From assembly GCA_021792635.1 (NCBI GenBank), contig JAJYUH010000003.1, forward strand, positions 101,795 through 165,794: a stretch of DNA of 64,000 nucleotides. Direction: 5' to 3'. The position numbers and the translations under genes are program-made. Each line of letters begins with the position of its first letter. Position 1 is the first letter of the stretch. Under the pieces are notes generated by a model. That model saw only the letters and a list, made by a program, of their open reading frames with translations. It was not told the DNA's origin and did no database searches. The stretch comes from Natronospirales bacterium. GTDB lineage: Bacteria > Pseudomonadota > Gammaproteobacteria > Natronospirales > REEB76. This document shows, one piece after another, positions 57,674-64,000 of this stretch.

Positions 57674-58153
57674 ATGCGCACACCTGTCACCGCGTTTCTG
57701 CTCGTGAGCCTGATGTGCGTGGGTCTCATGGCCTGCGCACCCTGGCCGGAACGCCCGGGAGCGTTGCCTTATACTCCGGCGCAGGCAGGCCGGGCGGCCG
57801 AGATTGTAAGGCTCGCCGGCCGGGAGCTCGGTGTCCCTTATGTCTACGGTGGCGATTCGCCCCAAGGTTTCGATTGCAGCGGTCTCGTGTACTACGTATT
57901 CCGGCGTGCCGGGATTGCGGTACCGCGTACCGCCAATGAGCAACTGTATGCCTCCCATCCGGTGGATATCCGGAATCTGCGACCCGGCGATCTGGTGTTT
58001 TTCCAGATGGCGGGTGACGTGCAGATGCACGTGGGTATCTATGTGGGCAACGGCGAGTTTATCCACGCACCGCAAACCGGCGGGGTGGTGTCCTACGCGC
58101 GTCTGGAGGACGCTTATTGGAAAGCCCGCTTCGTGGGCGGCGGGCGTTTCTGA
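57674..58153 (+). CDS. NlpC/P60 (C40) family peptidoglycan endopeptidase lipoprotein
   Basis: Lipobox LMAC; GVPYVYGGDSPQGFDCSGLVYYVF...HVGIYVGNGEFIHAP. Confidence 0.9.
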   Translation: MRTPVTAFLLVSLMCVGLMACAPWPERPGALPYTPAQAGRAAEIVRLAGRELGVPYVYGGDSPQGFDCSGLVYYVFRRAGIAVPRTANEQLYASHPVDIRNLRPGDLVFFQMAGDVQMHVGIYVGNGEFIHAPQTGGVVSYARLEDAYWKARFVGGGRF

Positions 58154-58163
58154 ACCTTGCCGG

Positions 58164-60206
58164 TCAGTCGGCGGTGAGCACCCGGTTGCGGCCGCTGCGC
58201 TTGGCCTTGTAGAGCGCGATGTCGGCCGCCTTGATGAGACGTTCGGCGGTGTCACCGTGGTCCGGATAACTGGCCACGCCGGCTGAAATGGTGAGTGCGC
58301 CGAGTGACTGGTCCGCGTGGACCAGTGTGGATGCCGCCACTGCGGCGCGCACCCGCTCAGCGCGTTCGCGGGCGATATCCGATCCGGTGCCCGGCATCAG
58401 CAACACGAATTCTTCGCCGCCGTAACGACAGGCGATGTCTTCAGTGCGCACCGCTTTGCGCAGCACCTCGGCCACCGCGCGCAGCACGATATCTCCGGCA
58501 TCGTGGCCGTAGTCATCGTTGAAGCGCTTGAAGTGGTCAATATCGAGCACGATGACGCTGGTCGGCTGCGCGTGACGCTCGGCGCGGGCGAGTTCCCGTT
58601 GCAAGGTTTCCTCCAGGTAGCGGCGGTTGAACAGGCCGGTGAGCGGATCGCGGATGGACTGCTGGCGCAGCACCTCGTGCAACCGCAGGTTGCCGATGGA
58701 CAGGGCGAGCTGCTCTGCCACGGCAAAGGCGAGATCACGCTGATCCAGCACCGCCTCGGGCCGCGCGGGATGCGCCGCGCGCAGCTGCAGCAAGCCGAGG
58801 ATTTTGTTCTGGCCGGTGAGCGGTATGCACAGACTGACAATCGGCGTGGACTGCGGCAGGTGCGCGCAGGGCAGGTCACCCGGATTTTCCACCACGTAGG
58901 GATGGCCGGCGCGCAGTGCGCGGCAGTCCTGCGGCGCGAATACGCTTTCCCCTTGGCGTTCTCCCCAGGCGGTCACTTCCTCCATGAGATTGCAGGAAGC
59001 GTTGATCAGGTAGAGTGCACCGTGGGTACCGGGAAACAGCTCGCTGCAAAAACGCTCGGTGGCATGATAAGCCTCATCGAGAGCGAGGCAGGTCTGCAGC
59101 ATCTCGGAAAAACCCGCGATGAGTTTGTCCTGGTGCTGGCGTTTTTGCAGCCGCTCCGCCATGCGGTTGAATGCCCGGGCGAGCTTGCCCAGTTCGTCGT
59201 CGCGCTCGCCCGGAACGCGTCGGGTGTATTCGCCGCCGGCGATGGCGCCGGCGGCTTCGGTCATGTCGCGCAGCGTGCGCAGGACAATGCGCAGGAACAG
59301 CACGAGTACGCCGAGCGCCAGCGGCACCGCCAGCAGCGGGCCGCCGAAGCCGACGATTTCCGCGCCGGTGATGTTGCCGTGGTCAGCGGCCAGCAGGCTC
59401 GCAAGTTTGGTCTGCTCCCGGGTCAGGGCACGGTTGTTGAGCGCGCGTATCCGGTCCACGAGATGGTTGCCATTGCCGGGCGGTGCCAGGGCGGTGACTG
59501 CATCGTCGGCACGGCGCGCTTCATTTGCAAGCCGACCGGTCTGCCGGATGAGCACCGCTTCGATATTCGCGTCGGGATGTGCCCGGTAACGGTTGAATTC
59601 GGTGTTCAGCCCCTGCCATGCGGCACGGGCGTCGTTTGGCAGTGGCAGCCGCAGCAAGCGGGCGAGGAGTTGGTGAGCAGTGCGGCTATGGGTGCTCCAC
59701 GCGCTGCGCGCCCCCTGCCGCCGGGCGCGGGTTGCGAGCAAGATTTCTTCGTAAACCTGCTGGGCATTCTCCGCCAGGCCCACGGGTGTCAACTGCCGCA
59801 ACCGGATACGCGGCTCCGCCGCCTGTGTAAGCCATTGGTGGAACAACATGTCAATCTGATTGACTTCCCGGAGAGCGTCGGGAGTGCCGGCTTCCATCCG
59901 CCGCAGGCTGACGATGACGGCCGGGAAGCGATACAGCGCCGTGTGATAGGGCTGCAGAAACTGCGGCTCGCCGCTGAGGAGGAATCCGCGCAGGCCGGTT
60001 TCCGCATCCAGCACCGTTTTCGTGAGCAGCTCGCGCTGCTCTACCAAGGTGGTTGCTTGCAGGACTGCGCGGTTGGTGGCCAGATCGGCGTACAGTGTGT
60101 GTTCCACCAGTAGCGCCACCAGCACGGCGATGGCGAGCGGCAGCGCAAGGAACAGCGCGAGCTTCTGGCCGAGGGATAAACCGGAGGTGCGTAGCAGTCT
60201 GAACAT
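58164..60206 (-). CDS. Sensor diguanylate cyclase (CHASE3-TM-HAMP-GAF-GGDEF)
   Basis: Start trimmed to MFRLLRTSGLSL (ATG 60204-60206). CHASE3 signature DAETGLRGFLLSGEPQFLQPY, HAMP ...DELGKLARAFNRMAERL, GGDEF RDPLTGLFNRRYL...RYGGEEF. Confidence 0.85.
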   Translation of the reverse strand: MFRLLRTSGLSLGQKLALFLALPLAIAVLVALLVEHTLYADLATNRAVLQATTLVEQRELLTKTVLDAETGLRGFLLSGEPQFLQPYHTALYRFPAVIVSLRRMEAGTPDALREVNQIDMLFHQWLTQAAEPRIRLRQLTPVGLAENAQQVYEEILLATRARRQGARSAWSTHSRTAHQLLARLLRLPLPNDARAAWQGLNTEFNRYRAHPDANIEAVLIRQTGRLANEARRADDAVTALAPPGNGNHLVDRIRALNNRALTREQTKLASLLAADHGNITGAEIVGFGGPLLAVPLALGVLVLFLRIVLRTLRDMTEAAGAIAGGEYTRRVPGERDDELGKLARAFNRMAERLQKRQHQDKLIAGFSEMLQTCLALDEAYHATERFCSELFPGTHGALYLINASCNLMEEVTAWGERQGESVFAPQDCRALRAGHPYVVENPGDLPCAHLPQSTPIVSLCIPLTGQNKILGLLQLRAAHPARPEAVLDQRDLAFAVAEQLALSIGNLRLHEVLRQQSIRDPLTGLFNRRYLEETLQRELARAERHAQPTSVIVLDIDHFKRFNDDYGHDAGDIVLRAVAEVLRKAVRTEDIACRYGGEEFVLLMPGTGSDIARERAERVRAAVAASTLVHADQSLGALTISAGVASYPDHGDTAERLIKAADIALYKAKRSGRNRVLTAD

Positions 60207-60341
60207 TGTTGATTTTGTATATAATGAGGCGACCGTCGAAGGGTTACTTGCATGCGAGTATAAGTATAGCCCGGGGCGTGAGAAATCCCGGGCCCGCGGC
60301 GCATTCACCGCCCTGTCCCGGCAATCACCCGCGACAACACA

Positions 60342-61574
60342 ATGAAATTCTGGCGCGAGCTACACCCCACCACACTCCGGCTGTTGGCATCGCGCGCGGT
60401 GCGCAGCGTGGCTCAGGGCGCGCTGGTGGCGGATTTGGCGCTGTATCTGCATGCTTTGCACTGGAGCGGTTTGCAGATCGGTTTGACGCTGACCGCCGGC
60501 GGCCTGTTGGCGGCCGTATTTTCCATACTCATCGGCATTGTCAGCGACCGCCTGCGACGCAGGCCCTTCCTGCTGTACAACGAGGGGCTCACTGCCCTGT
60601 GCGGGCTCGCGCCGCTGGTGAGCGCCAATGTCGCGGTACTCACGGTAGCCATCATCGTCGGCGGCTTCGGCCGCGGCAGCAACGGTTCCGCCGGTCCGTT
60701 CGCACCGGCCGAGCAAGCCTGGCTGGCGGAGGCGGTGCCCGCGCCGAAGCGTGGCTGGATATACAGCCTCAACACCGCCATGGGTTTCTTCGGCATGGCG
60801 TTGGGCGCGCTGCTGGCGGGTCTGCCGGCCCTGTGGGTGAGTTCGCTCGGGCCGCGGCTGGCCTACAGCCCGCTGTTCGTCATCGTCGTGCTCGGCAGCA
60901 CGGCCAATCTGTGGCTGCTGGCCGGTGCGCATGAACAAAAAGATGTGGTTGCAAAGCGCCATCAGGCAGTGGCCAAGAAGGATCACGTGCGGCGTTTCGA
61001 AAACCATATTCTGTGGCGGTTGTTCCAGCTCAACACGCTCAATGGTCTTTCCATCGGTCTCACTGGACCGCTTATCGCCTACTGGTTCGCACTCAAATTC
61101 CATATCGGTCCCGGCAGCATCGCGCCCATGATGGCGGTCACCTTCGTGGTAACAGGCGTCAGCGCAATTTTCGCCGGCAGACTCACAGAGCGCCACGGTC
61201 TGGTGAGTTCGGTGATCTGGACGCGCGGTATCGGCGTACTATTGCTGGCGCTCCTGCCGCTGATGCCCTGGTTCTGGCTCGCGGCGGTGATTTACATGCT
61301 GCGGCTCGCATCCAGCGGCGCTTCACTGGGAGCCCGTCAGGCACAGGTGGTGTCGCTGATGCGCGATCGGCGCCGCGGCCTCGCTGCCAGCGTCAACGCT
61401 GCTTCCTTCCAGGTTCCCCAATCCATCGGACCGGGCATCGCAGGTCCGCTGATCGATGCCGGCCTGTTCGCCGTGCCGTTTTACGCGGCGGCCGGCCTGC
61501 AAGTGCTGTATGTGGCCGGGTATGAACGTGTCTTCCGTCGCTATGAGCATATCGCCGGCACGAAAAGAAAATGA
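60342..61574 (+). CDS. MFS transporter
   Basis: 410 aa with ~12 predicted hydrophobic helices. Contains GIVSDRLRRRP, an MFS loop 2-3 motif. Confidence 0.8.
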   Translation: MKFWRELHPTTLRLLASRAVRSVAQGALVADLALYLHALHWSGLQIGLTLTAGGLLAAVFSILIGIVSDRLRRRPFLLYNEGLTALCGLAPLVSANVAVLTVAIIVGGFGRGSNGSAGPFAPAEQAWLAEAVPAPKRGWIYSLNTAMGFFGMALGALLAGLPALWVSSLGPRLAYSPLFVIVVLGSTANLWLLAGAHEQKDVVAKRHQAVAKKDHVRRFENHILWRLFQLNTLNGLSIGLTGPLIAYWFALKFHIGPGSIAPMMAVTFVVTGVSAIFAGRLTERHGLVSSVIWTRGIGVLLLALLPLMPWFWLAAVIYMLRLASSGASLGARQAQVVSLMRDRRRGLAASVNAASFQVPQSIGPGIAGPLIDAGLFAVPFYAAAGLQVLYVAGYERVFRRYEHIAGTKRK

Positions 61575-61597
61575 TTTACGCGGACGCAGGTGCCGGC

Positions 61598-62509
61598 CTA
61601 ATGCAGGTTGACAAGTATGGTCTGGCCGGCAACCGCGGGTGCAGCACCGACTGAGGTGAAGCTGATGGTGTTGGCAACCGCCGGGTTGTCCTGCGCTGCC
61701 TCGCAGGTGAAGGCCAGGGTATAGGTGCCGGCCGGCAGGAACGCAGCGGTGAAATCATAGTTGCCGGTGGTGTTATTCAGTGTTACCGCCGATTCCGTCA
61801 CCGGCTGGGTGCCCGGTGGGGCGGAGTTGTTGAGATCAACGGGATTGGCATTGGCACCCGCGAACACATACACCGCCGGGGTGCAACCGCTGGTGATCAG
61901 CATGGGCGAAACCGTGCCGATGATATTGCCGGCAGACATGGCGCCGACCATGCGCCCCTCGGGCTGCAGCTCATAGGCGGTGGAGCCGGGGGCGGGCGGC
62001 AGCACGGATTTGCGCGCATCAAATTCGACCACTGCGCTGCTGTTGCTGCCGGCGTTGATGATGAAAGGTGTATTGATATGCAGGAAAACGGACATGGAAC
62101 ATGGCAAACCGCAGGTGAGAGTATTAGGCGGTATGTAAGGGATCAGGGCATGTTGGCTGCCATCATTCAGGACGATGTAGGAATCCGTACCGCTGCCGTC
62201 AGCGCTGATAGTGAGCCTCAAGCCCTGGTACGGGCCGGCCGGCAGGCCCCAATTCGTGAGCAGTGGCGTGCTGAGGCCCTGCTGCACCTGCAGCAAATCA
62301 ATCTGCTGGGGCTGCGGGAAGTTGTAGACGATGGGGTTACCGGTCACGGGCAGGGCTTCAACGGCGGTGATTTCCACCATCACACTGATGGCCCCATCCA
62401 CGGGCGCGTCGGTAATGGAAAGCCCCAGCGAGCCGTTGCCGTTGCCGCCACAGCCGACGAGCGCGGCGATGACCGGCAGGATCAGAAATTTGAGTGCATG
62501 CCTCGTCAT
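61598..62509 (-). CDS. DUF4382 domain-containing lipoprotein, paralog 1
   Basis: Lipobox ALVGC, then LGLSITDAPVDGAISVMVEITAVE. The C-terminal region has a conserved Cys pair and ends ...VNLH. Confidence 0.75.
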   Translation of the reverse strand: MTRHALKFLILPVIAALVGCGGNGNGSLGLSITDAPVDGAISVMVEITAVEALPVTGNPIVYNFPQPQQIDLLQVQQGLSTPLLTNWGLPAGPYQGLRLTISADGSGTDSYIVLNDGSQHALIPYIPPNTLTCGLPCSMSVFLHINTPFIINAGSNSSAVVEFDARKSVLPPAPGSTAYELQPEGRMVGAMSAGNIIGTVSPMLITSGCTPAVYVFAGANANPVDLNNSAPPGTQPVTESAVTLNNTTGNYDFTAAFLPAGTYTLAFTCEAAQDNPAVANTISFTSVGAAPAVAGQTILVNLH

Positions 62510-62608
62510 AAATACACGCTTGTGCGATGGAGCCTGTCCCGCAGGCCATCCGGTGTTTTTATTTTAACCCGCTTCCGCAAGACCGGTTACTGCGGGATGC
62601 AACACATC

Positions 62609-63490
62609 TCAATGCAGATTGACAAAGGAGGTCTGGCCCGGCACCACCGTGGTTGTCTGCACAGAGATAAAACTGATGTTGTCGGTCCGGGTCGGATTAT
62701 CCTGAGCCGCCTGGCAGGTGAAGGCCACGGTGTACAAGCCGGGCGGCAGGAAGCCGACGGTGAAATTGTATTGTGCCGTGGTGCCATTGATGCCAATCAA
62801 TGCGCTGCTGATGGGTTGTACCGTGCCCGGTGGTGCATTGATATTCACATCCGTCGGCGTCACCTTGCCGCTATAGACATACACGGCACCCGAACAGCCG
62901 GAGGTGACCAGTGTGTTTGCCACCGAGCCCGTGATGCTGCCCGCTTCGGCGTTGTTCACGATACGCAGTGACGGTTGCAGAATATACTGCCCCGGATTGT
63001 TGGTATCCGGAAAGATGGATTTGCGCAGATCCAGGTCAATGGTGTAATTGGCCGTGCCGTTCTGGGTAAGGTAGAAATTCACAGGCAGTGTGAAGGTAGT
63101 GGGTGCGCCATTGGGTATCACCAACGGATAGGTGCCGCCGCCTATGAATGTGATGTTTGAAACTGTCGTCCCCGGCGTTGCAGCGAAGTACAAGGTAATG
63201 GAGCTGTAGTGGCCGGGTGGCAGATTGGCATCTATCAGGAATTGCGACAACCCGCCCTGGAGCTGGTAAAAATTCAGCGTCACAGGGGATGGAAACGGGA
63301 AATAATGGATACCGCCCTGACCCGTCACGTCCATTTCAGTGAGGGTGATGTTGACGCTATTTGCCGTATCAATAGGCGCATCCGCCACGGAGATAGCCAA
63401 GCCGGATGAACTGCTGCTGCCGTAGCCACAACTGGTGAGCAGCAACAACGCGCACGGCACTACGGTGCACTTGGCGATCAGTCTGAACAT
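62609..63490 (-). CDS. DUF4382 domain-containing lipoprotein, paralog 2
   Basis: Start trimmed to MFRLIAKCTVVPCALLLLTSCG (ATG 63488-63490). LAISVADAPIDTANSVNITLTEMD; same C-terminal ...FTCQAAQDNP...VNLH as its neighbour. Confidence 0.75.
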   Translation of the reverse strand: MFRLIAKCTVVPCALLLLTSCGYGSSSSSGLAISVADAPIDTANSVNITLTEMDVTGQGGIHYFPFPSPVTLNFYQLQGGLSQFLIDANLPPGHYSSITLYFAATPGTTVSNITFIGGGTYPLVIPNGAPTTFTLPVNFYLTQNGTANYTIDLDLRKSIFPDTNNPGQYILQPSLRIVNNAEAGSITGSVANTLVTSGCSGAVYVYSGKVTPTDVNINAPPGTVQPISSALIGINGTTAQYNFTVGFLPPGLYTVAFTCQAAQDNPTRTDNISFISVQTTTVVPGQTSFVNLH

Positions 63491-63613
63491 GGGTACTCCG
63501 AGTCGGGGGTGAGGCATCGCGGCCGGGGGCATGACTCTGTTTGGCCAGCGACAAGTTTACCGCGTCAGGCCCGCGACTCCTAGTGGAATGGTGCGCGAGT
63601 GTGGCGGATGGCG

Positions 63614-63659
63614 CAAAAAAAGAGGGGCCTCTCGTCAAAGGGGGAAAACGAAAGGCCCC
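63614..63659 (-). terminator. Intrinsic terminator (minus strand)
   Basis: Minus strand: ggggcct-(22-nt loop)-aggcccc followed by TCTTTTTTT (plus-strand A-run 63615-63621). It lies ~200 nt downstream of the partial gene at the right edge. Confidence 0.5.
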
Positions 63660-63858
63660 GGACTCCCCCACGTTGCGTGAGGGCGTCATAACCGCGGATT
63701 TTCATCGAAGGCTCAAAGCCACCGTTCCAGAGTCCGATTAAGACACCACGCAATTATAGTCAAAAATCGCCGAGCATATCGGCTGCATGGCGCATTTTGG
63801 GAGACGGCCGTTTACACGGCCCCCCCGGAGTACGCCTGCCGCCGGCCTGCTTTTCGAT

Positions 63859-64000
63859 TTATAACAGAGCCGCGATATCCGCGGGCAGGCAATCGGCCAG
63901 CGCGCCGGCGGCAAGTTCCCGGGCCGTCCGCCTGATGTCAGTGTCCAGACGCCGGTCGCCGGTGTAGGGTGCAGCGTGCTTGCGCAGCAGGGCGTGGATG
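63859..64000 (-). CDS. 3' end of a gene entering from the right edge, function unknown
   Basis: Not in the ORF track. The minus-strand frame is open from the window edge to TAA at 63859-63861, reads ...IHALLRKHAAPYTGDRRLDTDIRRTARELAAGALADCLPADIAALL*, and has GC-rich third positions. Confidence 0.35.
   Translation of the reverse strand, partial: IHALLRKHAAPYTGDRRLDTDIRRTARELAAGALADCLPADIAALL

Overview
This is a GC-rich (by eye roughly 60-65 percent) proteobacterial chromosomal segment, probably gammaproteobacterial. No tools were run; all calls come from reading the ORF translations and the DNA.

The outer parts look like ordinary chromosome. From 0.7 to 12.4 kb: a DUF3300 protein, an interrupted MFS transporter, an M20 amidohydrolase, a Ser/Thr kinase with a cNMP-binding domain, a Ca/Na antiporter, GST, a quinone oxidoreductase, a DsbA-like protein and gshA. 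From 35.3 to 63.5 kb: an acyl-CoA dehydrogenase, a YbiR-like permease, metX, xseA, guaB, guaA, tadA, tRNA-Ser(CGA), purL, a BlaI/BlaR1-like pair, hutU, pxpABC, NlpC/P60, a CHASE3-HAMP-GAF-GGDEF sensor, an MFS transporter and two DUF4382 lipoproteins.

The centre is the standout (12,600-35,289, all minus strand, 20 intact ORFs). It holds three head-to-tail type IV pilus minor-pilin/PilY1 operons, each fimU-pilV-pilW-pilX-pilY1-small secreted ORF-pilE; the middle one lacks fimU. The cassettes are diverged paralogs, yet the pilE genes carry recombination signatures:
- pilE-1 and pilE-2 share a 445-bp perfect repeat 7,495 bp apart.
- pilE-3 shares perfect 157-bp and 56-bp blocks around a divergent core.
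- pilE-2 has lost its normal leader and start to a ~175-bp multi-hairpin repeat element that has a second copy at 348-534.

Other oddities:
- a ~245-bp highly structured insertion splitting the MFS gene
- heptanucleotide tandem and inverted repeats abutting the guaA and tadA start codons
- a C8 tract and a Pro/Cys-rich ~200-aa insertion in the third pilY1
- tRNA-Ser-derived fragments
- gene remnants at 37.0-37.6 kb

No rRNA, CRISPR array, transposase, integrase or recognisable defence genes were seen.
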